From assembly GCF_009914755.1 (NCBI RefSeq), contig NC_060934.1: 64,000 nucleotides of DNA; one strand, given 5' to 3'. The notes beneath the pieces are model-generated. The model worked only from the letters and a program-made list of their open reading frames with translations. It ran no database searches and was not told the origin of the DNA. How positions within the stretch are numbered: position 1 is the first letter of the stretch; each line of letters starts with the position of its first letter. This DNA comes from the human T2T-CHM13v2.0 reference genome, Homo sapiens. Below, piece by piece: positions 33,197 to 45,030 of this stretch. The position numbers were made by a program, and so were the translations under genes.

Positions 33197-34234
33197 CTTT
33201 GTGGTTTTATCTACTTTTGGTCTTTGATGATGGTGATGTACAGATGGGTTTTTGGTGTGGATGTCCTTTCTGTTTGTTAGTTTTTCTTCTAACAGACAGG
33301 ACCCCTCAGCTGCAGGTCTGTTGGAGTTTGTTAGAGGTCCACTCCAGACCCTGTTTGCCTGGGTATCAGCAGCGGTGGCTGCAGAACAGTGGATTTTCGT
33401 GAACCATGAATGCTGCTGTCTGATCATTCCTCTGGAAGTTTTGTCTCAGAGGAGTACCCGGCCGTGTGAGGTGTCAGTTTGCCCCTACTGGGGCGTGCCT
33501 CCCAGTTAGACTGCTCGGGGGTTAGGGGTCAGGGACCCACTTGAGCAGGCAGTCTGCCTGTTCTCAGATCTCCAGCTGCGTGCTGGGAGTACCACTGCTC
33601 TCTTCAAAGCTGTCAGAGAGGGACATTTAAGTCTGCAGAGGTTACTGCTGTCTTTTTGTTTGTCTGTGCCCTGCCCCCATAGGTGGAGCCTACAGAGGCA
33701 GGCAGGCCTCCTTGAGCTGTGGTGGGCTCCACCCTGTTCGAGCTTCCCGGCTGCTTTGTTTACCTAAGCAAGCCTGGGCAATGGCGGGCGCCCCTCCCCT
33801 AGCCTTGCTGCCGCCTTGCAGTTTGAACCCAGACTGCTATGCTAGCAATCATCGAGACTCCATGGGCATCGGACCCTCTGAGCCAGGTGCGGGATATAAT
33901 CTCCTGGTGCACCGTTTTTTAAGCCCATTGGAAAAGTGCAGTATTAGGGTGGGAGTGACCCGATTTTCCAGGTGCCGTCTGTCACCCCTTTCTTTGACTA
34001 GGTAAGGGAACTCCCTGACCCCTTGCCCTTCCTGAGTGAGGCAATGCCTTGCCCTCCTTCGGCTCGCACACAGTGCGCTGCACCCACTGTCCTGCGCCCA
34101 CTGTCTGGCACTCCCTAGTGAGATGAACCTGGTACCTCAGATGGAAATGCAGAAATAACCCGTCTTTTGCGTCACTCACGCTGGGAGCTGTAGACTGGAG
34201 CTGTTCCTATTCGGCTGTCTTGAAATGTATCCCC
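33197..34234 (-). promoter_or_regulatory. L1 5'UTR (internal sense promoter plus antisense promoter)
   Basis: 1038 bp; begins GGGGATACATTTCAAGACAGCCGAATAGGAACAGCTCC on - strand. Confidence 0.9.
33781..34005 (+). CDS. L1 ORF0-like antisense ORF (74 aa), open; expression unknown
   Basis: GCAATGG Kozak; MAGAPPLALLPPCSL...GPSEPG...IRVGVTRFSRC matches ORF0p. Confidence 0.7.
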   Translation: MAGAPPLALLPPCSLNPDCYASNHRDSMGIGPSEPGAGYNLLVHRFLSPLEKCSIRVGVTRFSRCRLSPLSLTR

Positions 34235-34569
34235 CAATTAGCCCTCTTCTTCTTTTCTAAATGGATATGTAGCTTAGTGGAGTACCAAGGACTTGCAACT
34301 TGAATCTGATTTTATTTTATTTTTTAAACAAGTAATTATGACTCAAGAGAAGAATCAATGGATATATCTATACTTATACATATACAATGGATATATCTAT
34401 ACTTATACAAAATGAACTCATGTGTATGTTTGTTTTGCTCCCTTAGAAATAATATCCTGTTATTTGTACCAATGTTCCGGAAATCTGCAAGCCTGGTTAA
34501 CTCAGTAAGAGAATGCACATGGACGCCAGTTCACATTTATTGATTTGGTAGAGAGAGAAAGCAAGAATA

Positions 34570-35056
34570 CAGTAGTCCCAGCATATTTAGTTTTTGCTTT
34601 CTGTGGTTTCGTTTATCCTTGGTCAACCACAATCTGAAAATATTAAATGGAAAACTCCAGAACTAAACAATTCATCAGTTTTAAATGTCACGCTGTTCTG
34701 AGTAACATGATGAAATCTTGCGTCATCCTGCTCCATCCTGCTCAGGGTGTGACTCATCCCTCAGTCCAGCGGATCCCTTTGGTCACTTAGCTGTCTCGGT
34801 TGTCAGATCAACTGTCCTGTTGTCGCATTGCTTGTGTTTGTCACCCTTATTTCACTTAATAATGATCCCAAAGCACAAATAGTGTACTGGCTATTGTTGC
34901 TAATCCCTTACTGTGCCTAGTTTATAAATTGAACTTTATCATAGGGATGTGTGTATTAAGAAAACATAGCATATATAGGATTGGGTTCTACTAAGGGTTT
35001 CGGGCATCCACAAGGAGTCTTGGAACTTATCCCCTGTGGATAAGAGGGAACTACTG
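34570..35056. mobile_element. MER44B (Tigger7-family MITE)
   Basis: TA|CAGTAGTCCC...GGGAACTACTG TIRs; GGTCAACCACAATCTGAAAATATTAAATGG. Confidence 0.85.
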
Positions 35057-35175
35057 TGCTGTGAGTAATGCCTGTGTCCTGTCACCCTTCTGAAAGGTCA
35101 CCACAAACGGGGTTTGAAGCAAAGCATTGTCTTGAGAAGAAATAATCAGAATTGACCAAATAATTCACATCATAT

Positions 35176-35922
35176 TGTTACCGGGGGGTCCTTGCTCTCA
35201 GAACTCCCAAGATGGTTGTGGGCCACTTCCAAGATGGCAGCAAGCCTCTTGTTCTCTAACCTGGCATTCTTGGCCTCATGGATTCCAAGGAATAGAATCT
35301 TGGGCCAGGCGGTGAGTGTTATAGCTCTATTAGAAGCCATGGGTCACGGAAGAGAACCGTAGAACCCAGCAACTAGTATTCAGCTCGATTAGGACGAACC
35401 CAGGCACTTAACTGTGCAGCAACAATGGCAAGCCTTTATCCCATTGGGCGCCCCGCTGGATCAGAAGCACAGCAGACACCCTGCCGGATCCGGAGTGGTG
35501 AAAGTCAGTGACGGGTCTGCGACAGAGGCAAACAGCAGTAGTGGACGGCGAGTGAAAGCTCAGCTCCAGCCGTAACAAACATGGACCAGAAGAGTGTGCA
35601 GCTGCAAGATTTAATAGAGTGAAAATAGAGCTCCCATACAAAGCGAGGGGATCCAAAGCAGGTGGCCATTGCTGGCCGGAATGCCTGGGTTTATATCCTG
35701 ATCATTGTCCCTCCCCCTGTGCTCTCAGGCAATAGATGATTGGCTATTTCTTTACCTGCTGTTTTTGCCTAATTAGCGTTTTAGTGAGCTCTCTTTACTA
35801 CCTGATTGGTCGGGTATGAGCTAAGTTGCAAGCCCCGTGTTTAAAGGTGGATGCAGTCACCTTCCCAGCTAGGCTTAGGGATTCTTAGTCTGCCCAGGAA
35901 ATCCAGCTAGTCCTGTCTATCA
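35176..35922 (-). mobile_element. LTR17 (HERV-W) complete solo LTR
   Basis: - strand TGATAGACAGGACTAGCTGGATTTCC...GGACCCCCCGGTAACA, 747 bp; two CCAAT boxes, ATATAAA (35690-35696), ATTAAA (35610-35615); 4-bp TSD ATAT. Confidence 0.95.
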
Positions 35923-36029
35923 ATATGACTATACCAGAACGTTTCTATGCCTTTAAATGTCTAAAGAGCTCTCTAGGTATAAGGATTATACAACTATTCT
36001 TTGAGTCAACAGAATTTATAAGAAGTTTG

Positions 36030-36326
36030 AGTTGGGCATGGTGACTCATACTTGTAATCCCAGCACTTCGGGAGGCCAAGGCGGGCGGATCACAAGGTCA
36101 GGAGTTCAAGACCAGCCTGGCAAAGATGGTGAAACCCCATCTCTACTAAAAAAAAAAATACAAAAAAATTATCCAGGCACGGTGGCAGGTGCCTATAATC
36201 TTAGCTACTCAGGAGGCTGAGATAGAGAATTACTTGAGCTGAGGAGGCAGAGGTTGCAGTGAGCCAAGATGGCGCCACTGCACTCCAGCCTGGGCGACAA
36301 AGTGAGACTCTGTCTCAAAAAAAAAA
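36030..36326 (+). mobile_element. AluS (Sg-like)
   Basis: GGATCACAAGGTCAGGAGTTC; TSD AA(G/A)AAGTTTG. Confidence 0.93.
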
Positions 36327-37072
36327 GTTTGTTTCAAGGTCACTGTGATCTTGAAGCAAGCTGGCACACAAGCAATCTCCAAATGGCTCTTCCTGTGGTC
36401 CCAAACTATTGTGAGGTGGCTCAGGAACTCCAAGGGACACCCCAGGAGTATGAAGACAGGAGGACAATCAATGTCCGTGGCTGCATTGTGTGGCCTCTCT
36501 GACTTTCTTTCCCTAATGCCTGAGATGTCCATGGGACCCCCACACAGCCCACGACAATGGAAAAGCCTGTTGGGCTGTTTTGCTTTTTCCCATGGTTTAG
36601 TTGACTAGCAGGTCTGAGATGGTGCCATCTTTCTTAGAATTGAATTTGTGGTTTATCTGACTCACAAACCATCAATGAATGACGAATTCATTTACAAACA
36701 CTTGATAAGAATCTACTAGGTGCTTGGGTTGAAGTGACAGAGGCTATTAAGAAATGGTTCCTGCCCTGAAGAAATTTACAGGATGGTGCAGGAGTCAGAG
36801 GAGTCAATAAATCTGTTTAATACAATATGATGAGGTCAATGTGGACAGAGAGGGAGCGTGTAGCCAACCTTGGGAATGTTGGGGAGAGGGTCAGAAAGGT
36901 GGTCCTGGAAGAAGTGACCTCAGACTTAAGGAATAAGAGATTTGCTGGTTTGCCAAGTAAAGTTTCCTCAACCACAAGAGAAAAGCAAAGCTTAGGTATT
37001 CTTTAGTTAGGAACAGAGCAAGAGTAGCTCCTTCCTCTTATTACCCCCATACTACACAATGTAAGGTGTAGT

Positions 37073-37599
<527 letters not shown>

Positions 37600-39323
37600 T
37601 GAAGCAAACTTTTCCACTTGATTCTCCTGGTTTTTGTTTTCTTTTTATTACTGTGACAACTTAGCCCCTACTAATATGTACAGTCTTATTTTCAGAAGCA
37701 AAAGGATTTCATCTTCTGAATGGCTTAGATATTGTATATCATAATTGACATCTAGAAAGTGCATGCTCCATCTTCCACTGCTGGACCAAGGCTGATTTGC
37801 CCAGAGAAGATGTCACAGGAGGGTGACAATGGATATTGCATGTTCAGTCAGTCTCCTCTCAGGCAACATATCAACTGGAAAAGACTTATAGTGGCTGCAG
37901 TCTGAATCTCAGGCTGGGATCCGGGTCAAACAATGCATCTTATAACTGCAGTGATTAGAGCAAAGCCTTGACCATTTGCTTTGAACTCCATTGATGAGTA
38001 TAGGAATTCAAACAATGAATGGAAATGAAGGATAGCTTTAGATTGGAGGCATGGAAAATAGATGGCAAGCTCTGAGAGTTTGCAGGGACAAAGTGTTCTT
38101 GATCTTCACTCCAGTGAATTGACATCTTCCCACATTTTGAAAATTTTTATTTTTACCATTGAAAAGAAACAATTCAATTTAACGTGACTTCACTGAGTGT
38201 TCACTCTTAGGAAGCTACTTTAATGAGTACTGGGTTTAGAAGGATGAAAAAGACTTATTTTTGCTTCAAATTGCTTTCAATGTAGATGGACTCTTGAATG
38301 TATAACCATAATGCAATGACAGAGTGAATTTCGCTAATAGGTGAAAAAATTATATTTCTGTGATCTTATTACCCCTGATTCCAAGACAAAGTGTGATAAA
38401 ATGCAGGAGTCACAGCCAGGCCCATATCTCCCCAGAGCTGTTTGTTCCATAATTTTGCCTGTATGCTACACTTCCAGATCCCAGTCATCATTAATATCTA
38501 TGGATTTACTTTAGCACTTTTGTGGAATTCTGCAGCCACATGCAGACTCAGCTCCATAATTGACACAAATAGACGGTCTCCAAACTCCCTGTTCCCGGAA
38601 TCCCCACCTCTGCTCAGTGTCTCCTCACTCCCAACACTAACCTTGGCCCCAGTTTATTCTGTCTTTGATTTGTCCTCTTCCTCTGCCATTCAAAATCATT
38701 TATTCAAGTCCTACCATTCTTGAACCTCCGTGGGTTTTAGCAAGGTGTAGCTAAAATAAAAAATGGAAAAAGCGCTCCTTGGAGCTGCAACCTGGGCAAT
38801 TTAAACCATTAGTGCAAATTTCAACAGTAGAGACAGAATCCTGAAAGAACTGAGGGTGGCAGTAGAGGAACAAGCATGCTATCTGGCCTTGGTGCTGAAA
38901 ACAGCCAGATACAGGAATTCCAGCTTCATTCAATTTTCTCTCACAGATGGATTATTTCTCTTCACGTTTCCATTTCTCTTCTTTTTACCCCTTTTTAATT
39001 CAGCTTTTTGTCTTTTCTCCCTGATTCTCTTCCTCCATGTCTTCTCAACTGCTTTTGAAGAGTGTGCAATTGGAGATATCATTTCTAGTTTTTTTTTCTT
39101 CTTTCCATCAAGAAATATTAAATCTGACATCCTATGCCTTTTCATCCACTAAAGACTTAAATAAATAGGCTCTACAAACTTATATAACGAAGTTCATTCT
39201 CTGTCATCTTTAATGCAAAACTTAGAGAACTAATACTGGGCAGGTAAAATTAGAGAAGATATGGATTTAGGGAATTGCCTGTAGAGTTTTTAGCAAGCAG
39301 CCAAACTACTTAAGTATCTGCAT

Positions 39324-39542
39324 GAGGGGTTGGCTAACTACGGCTGGTGGTTCAAAACTAGTCTGTTGCTTGCTTTTGTAAATAAAGTTTTATTGGAACA
39401 TAGCCATTCTCACTTCTCTACATATTATCTCCCAGTGCTTTTGCACTTCAGTGGCAGAGTTGAGTAGTTGTGACAGAGCTGTATGGCCTGCAAATCTTTA
39501 AATATTTACTTTCCGGCCCTTTCCAGAATTTGCTGACCCCTG
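39324..39542. mobile_element. MER58A (hAT-Charlie MITE)
   Basis: TTTTGTAAATAAAGTTTTATTGGAACATAGCCA...GGCAGAGTTGAGTAGTTGTGACAGA...TTTGCTGACCCCTG. Confidence 0.9.
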
Positions 39543-39553
39543 CTCTAGGTGAC

Positions 39554-39875
39554 TGTATTAGTATGCTGAGGCTAAAGTATACTGAAGCAGCAAGTAATTG
39601 CAAAACCTCAATGGCTTAGAACAAAGGGTTATTTCTCATTCACATGACATGATCCTTGAGAGTCAGTTTCAATATGTCACTCCAGAATGCAGGCTACAGG
39701 AGCAGCCCCTATCTGGAATATTACTGATTTAGTAAAGAGTTTAAAAGAGAGAAAGTGGAACCACAATAGCTCTTACAACTTTTCTTAAGTGGCACATGTC
39801 ACTTTCACTCATGTTTCATTGGCCAAGAAAGTCACAAGGCCAAACCTGGGGAAGGAAGTGTATTTCTCCGCAGGG
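39554..39875 (-). mobile_element. MLT1 (K/L-like) MaLR LTR, decayed
   Basis: CTCAATGGCTTAGAACAAAG...GGCACATGTCACTTTCACTCATGTTTCATTGGCCAAG. Confidence 0.65.
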
Positions 39876-39883
39876 ACTTCTGG

Positions 39884-40291
39884 TATAGCATGCTACGTTC
39901 CCCACCGGGTTACTTAAGGATTTATACTGGCTGCCTGAATCTTGAAGGCCAAGTGGTGTGCTAAGGTCACAGGGCCCAGCCGAGAAGCAGGTGTACCTGG
40001 GAACCCAAACTGAGAGTATCTGAGAACCTACCAAGAAAAACAGTCTCATCATCCAAACACAGTAGGCAAAGAGCCAGAAAATTATCTTAAAAGCATTTGA
40101 GAGATGGGAGGCGACACTCATCTCTAGAGCTGTGCTGCTATCATCTAGGAGTACCCTGTATGTAAGTCCTAATAAACTCATCTACTCACCAAGCTGGACT
40201 TGTTGAAGTCATTTTTTTTTTTTTTTTGTATCTCTGTTCCTTCCCATTTTAGGGAAGGGGGATGTTATAGTCCTAGGCTTTTCTTGTAACA
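39884..40291 (+). mobile_element. ERVL-type solo LTR (LTR47-like)
   Basis: AATAAA in CCTAATAAACTC, ends GTAACA, perfect 5-bp TSD TCTGG (39879-39883, 40292-40296); family name from memory. Confidence 0.75.
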
Positions 40292-40346
40292 TCTGGGAGG
40301 GATGACCTGGCTAGGAAGATCTGGAAAATACTTTAACAATAGGATA

Positions 40347-42407
40347 CAGTTGGTCCTTGAACAAATTGGGGTTTGGGATGCTGACCACCTGCACAGTGAA
40401 AAATTCATTTATATCATTTTTTTCTTTTTCAATTTTTTATTTTCAATACGGGAGTACAAGTGCAAATTTGTTACCTGGGTATACTGTGTGATGCCGAGGT
40501 TAAGAGTATGAATGATCCTCTCACCCAGGTACTGAGAATAGTTTTTTCTCAGTACCCAACAGTTTTTTCTTCTTCCTTCCTTCCTTCCTTCCTTCTTTAC
40601 TCCCTCCCTCCCTCCCTTGCTTCCTTCCTTCTTTCCTATTTTCCTTCCTTCCTTCCTTCCTCCCTCCCTCCCTTCCTTCCCTCCTTCTTTCCTATTTTCC
40701 TTCCTTCCTTCCTTCCTTTTTTCCTTCCTTCCTTCCTTCCTAATTCCTCCCTCTCTCCCACCTTTTTTTTTTGAGATAGGGTCTCACTCTGTCACCCAAG
40801 CTGGAGTGCAGTGGCATGATCTTGGCTCACTGCAGCCTCAACCTCCCGTGTTCAAGTGATTGTCCTGCCTCAGTTCCTGAGTAGCTGGGACTACAGGTGC
40901 ACACCACCACACCTGAGTAATTTTTGCATTTTTTTTTTTTTAGAGACAGGGTTTTGCTGTGTTACCTAGGCTGGGTTTGAACTCCTGAGCTCAAGCAATC
41001 TGCCTGCCTCCGTCTCCCAAATTGCTGGGATTACAGGCATGAGTCATCATGCCTGACCAACCCAACAAATTTTTAATCCTTGCCATCTTCTTTCCCTCCC
41101 CTGTCTAGTGGTCTCCATTGTCTATTGTTGCCATCTTTATATCCACGAGCACCCGATGTTTAGCTCTCACTTGTAAGTGAGAACATGTGGTATTTGGTTT
41201 TCGGTTCCTGTGTTAATTTGCTTAGGATAATGGCCTACAGTTGCATCTGTGTTGCTGCCAAGGACATACTTTTATTCTTTTTTATAGCTGCATAGAATTC
41301 CATGGTGTATATGCACTGTATTTTCTTTATCCAATCCACTGTTGATGGACACCAGATTTATTCAATTTCTTTCCTATTGTGAATAGTGCTGTGATGAATA
41401 TGCAAGTGTGTGTCCTTTTGGTAGAATGATTTATTTTCTTTTGGATATATACCCAGTAATGGGATTGCTGGGTCAAATTATCATTCTAAGTTCTTTGATA
41501 AATCTCTCAAATGCCTTCCAACTGAGATTGTTGAGTGGGTGAACTAATGTTCATTCCCACCAACAGTGTATAAGCATTCCCTTTTCTCAACAGCCTCACC
41601 AACATCTGCTGTATTTTGACTTTTTAATAATGGCCATTCTGGTATTAGATGGTCTCTCACTGTGGTTTTAATTTGCATGGTTCTGATGATTACTGATGAT
41701 ATTCATTTTTTCGTGTTTGTTGGCCATTTGTACGTCTTTTTTTAAGAAGTGTCCATGTCCTTTGCCCATTTTTTAATGGGGTTATTTGGTTTTTGCTTGT
41801 TGAATTGTTTAAGTTCCTTATAGATTCCAGATATTAGACCTTTGTCAGCTGCATAGTTTGTGAATGTTTTCTCCCATTCTGTGAGTTGTCCGTTTACTCT
41901 GTTGATAGTTTCCTTTGCTGTGTTGCAATTGTTTTTGAGGGCTTTGTTATAAATTCTTTCCTAAGGCCCATGTCCAGAATGGTTTTTCCAGGGCTTTCTT
42001 CTAGGGTTCTTATAGTTTGAGGTCTTCATATGTAACTTTTGACTCCTCCAAAACTTAATTACTAATTGTCTGCTGTGTCTGGAAGCCTTACCAATAACAT
42101 CAACAACCAATGAACACCTATTTTGTATGTTACATGTATTATATACTATAGTCTTACAAAAAGTAAGCTAGAGAAAAGATAATGTTATTCAGAAAATCAT
42201 AAGAAAGAGAAAATATATTTACTATTTATTAAGTGGAAGTGGGTCATCATAAAAGTCTTCATCCTTGTTGTCTTCATGTTAAGTAGGCTGGGAGGGGGAG
42301 GAAAAGGAGGGGTTGTTCTTGCTGTCTCAGGGGTGGCAGAGGTGGAAGAAAAACCATATATAAATGCACCTACTCAGTTCAAACCCAAGTTGTTCAAGGG
42401 TCAACTG
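40347..42407. mobile_element. Tigger2a/MER28 split by an L1
   Basis: TA|CAGTTGGTCCTTGAACA ... TGTTCAAGGGTCAACTG|TA; body resumes at ~42025. Confidence 0.88.
40416..42024 (-). mobile_element. L1PA16-like 3' fragment, itself interrupted by AluJ (40763-41058) with a (TTCC)n tail (40565-40762)
   Basis: L1 3'UTR and ORF2 C-terminal antisense sequence; Alu TSD ACCCAACA(G/A). Confidence 0.88.
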
Positions 42408-42717
42408 TAATCTATTACAGTGCCTATTCAGCTTTTGTTAAGGATTCACCAAAAAAATGAAAACTTCTACAAGATCTTGGGGCAGAAAGGCTAATTTTTG
42501 TCCTCTTTTTTCCTTGGAGCATATTAACAGTATCAGTTCTACAATGAGTACAACCTCAGAATTCTATGTGTTCTGGGGTGAAAAGGGAACTTCAGAGCAT
42601 GTGGATTCTTAGAAAGACTCCTGACCTTGCCCTCCTCCATCCTGCCACTCACAGTCACCCCCTCTGCCTATTTATTTTGAGAGTCTCAAGATTGACCTCA
42701 CCCTCCCTTTATCCCCA

Positions 42718-43033
42718 CGTTGCAGATTGAGTTTTTTGGGAAGGAGATTTGAGTGCAGGTGGTTTACAGGGATGTACTCTCATTATCACCAATAGTGGAG
42801 GGAATGAAATGCAGTTGCAATAGGAGTCTCCACAGATCTTGCAATGCTGGAGAAGCTCTGAAGCTTGGATCATCCTTCAAAGTGGTTGCCAAGGGGCCAG
42901 GCATTGATACCTCCATATTGACCAGTCATTGGATTGGGCTAAGACACTGGGCAAGGTGGCTTTTTTTTAGCCACAGGCAATTCCTGCAGAGGGGCTCAGC
43001 TAAGAGCTGTCAGCACTGATACTCCCAGCTGCT
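42718..43033 (-). mobile_element. Old ERVL LTR fragment (LTR33-like)
   Basis: GGAGATTTGAGTGCAGG, GACCAGTCATTGGAT, GAGCTGTCAGCA..ACTCCCAGC motifs. Confidence 0.5.
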
Positions 43034-43035
43034 CA

Positions 43036-43572
43036 TAAATTCTCTGTTGGAATGAATCCGTGTAACAAGAGATGGATTAACAAGAGAAAAACAACAGAAC
43101 TTTATTAACATGTTTATTTCATATATTCACAGGAGATACCCATGGAATGAGTAAATCTCAAAAAAGTGGCTTTGAATTTGAGCTTCAATAGAATCTTGAA
43201 CAAAGAAAAGTACATTTTTAGAGATGTGACAAGAGACAAAGGAAAAGGACTTTAATGCTCTATGGGTGGCAATTTATAGGAAGGCAAATGACCTTCAGAT
43301 AAACTCTGGTGAGTAAAGCTTATTAATGTAGATTTCCCTGGTGCCATCTCCAGGCCCAGAAGGGTCTAAAGTTATCTCCACTGGTCAGCCTTTGTTCTCC
43401 CTGATAGAAGGGGATGTAGAGGGCGGGTATCTTTAGTATTTGTAAATCTATATTTTGCTTTTAGGCAAATTGAAGGAGGACAGAGTGCTTTCCTGCAACT
43501 GCTTCTTAATTGCCTTCAGCTCAGCAACCCTTTGAGAGGCATATTTTGGGGTGGCATATTCTAGTATCCCAA
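43036..43572 (-). mobile_element. MER34-like ERV1 LTR
   Basis: GCTTTTAGGCAAAT...TTGCCTTCAGCTC...GAGGCATATTTTGGGGTGGCATATTCT. Confidence 0.7.
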
Positions 43573-44742
43573 AAAGCTAATAGACTGAGATCATCAAAGG
43601 AATGGCAGGTAGAGAAGAGGTCTAAGAACCAAACCCTGGACAATAAAAATGAGAAGCCAGTAGGGTCAAACGCTGTTGGTGTTAGGGTAGAAGAAGGTGT
43701 GAGCTGGTGGTAGGAGAGTAGGATGCTGGAAACTGGGGATTTGAATAGGATGCATTTGTTGGTAATGACAGGAACTAGGGTGTGACCATGGAGGTGGGTG
43801 GCTGTGGGGAGAAGGAGGACAAGATCCTTGTTGGCGAAGAGCCAAACATTGGCAAGCTAATGGGTTGAACATATTACCTATATTAGGTATCAAAATCCCC
43901 AAGAATTATGGCAGGAATAGTGTTGGAGAAAGACAGTGAGTTGGGTCTAAAATCTTCAGTGATTAAGAGGTAGTGACTGTGATTTTTGTCAGTGATTACA
44001 ATAATTAAGGTAGTAAGTATCTTCTAGTACTATTTTTATGAGCTTGGTTATTTCAATTTCAATTCAATTAGTATATTCAATTAGTACAGGTTTCAGTTTC
44101 TTTGTCTAAAAACAGAGAAGTTGGTCCAAGGTACCTCTAAGTTCCCCTTTTGTTCTAAAATTCTCTAACTTGAAAAAATATATAGATTGCCGTCTTTAAA
44201 AGCTCTTCTTGTTAACTGGAGAAGAGTTGAACTCTAAGCATTTCACATCTATTTAGTTCAGACTGTAATGTATAATCTTGCTAATTTGCAAGGGCATTTT
44301 CTTATAGCTAACAAGACAAACTAGGGGCCTTGATAGGTTAAAGGGGAGGACGATGAGGGAGGGGGAGGCAAGATTTAATTCTACAAGTGTACTAAGTACC
44401 AACCAGGGAAATTTGGAGTTAGTGCTCTAGGAGGTTTTGCCATTGAAGAGAGAAAATTGTGTGGCTGTAAGTTTATGAAATGAGCCACTAGTGAGTCTTT
44501 GGCATGAGAACTCTAATTGAATGAACACCCACACATATCAGAGAGGATTCCCTCGCTCCTCTGTTCTCCCTTGATCTTGCAGTCATGCTTCCCCACTTTC
44601 CTCATTGCGTCATAGTAATTTGTTTTTCTTCTCTATTACCCTGCCAGGAACTGGAACTCCATGAGGAAAGGATGGTTTTTTATTCATTTATGCACCCATC
44701 TTCGAGCCCAGTGCTTCTAATATGAGTCACTTAATAAATATC

Positions 44743-45030
44743 TTTTTTAAGTGATAGGGTCTTGCTATGTCACCCAGGCTGGAATGCAGTGGTGCAAGCA
44801 TAGCTCACTGCAGCCTTGCACTCCTGAGCTCAAGCAATCCTTCTGCTTCAGCTTCCTGAGTAGATAAGACTGCAGGTGCGCACCACCATGCCAAGTTAAT
44901 TTTTAATTTTTTTTCTGTAGAGATGAAGTCTATGTTGCCCAGGCTCATCTTGAACTCCTGGCCTCAAGTGATCCTTCTGCCTCAGCCTCCGAAAGCACTG
45001 GGATTACAGGCATAAGCCACTGTGCCCGGC
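44743..45030 (-). mobile_element. AluJ inserted in an L2 3' end
   Basis: TSD T(A/G)ATAAATATCT. Confidence 0.92.
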
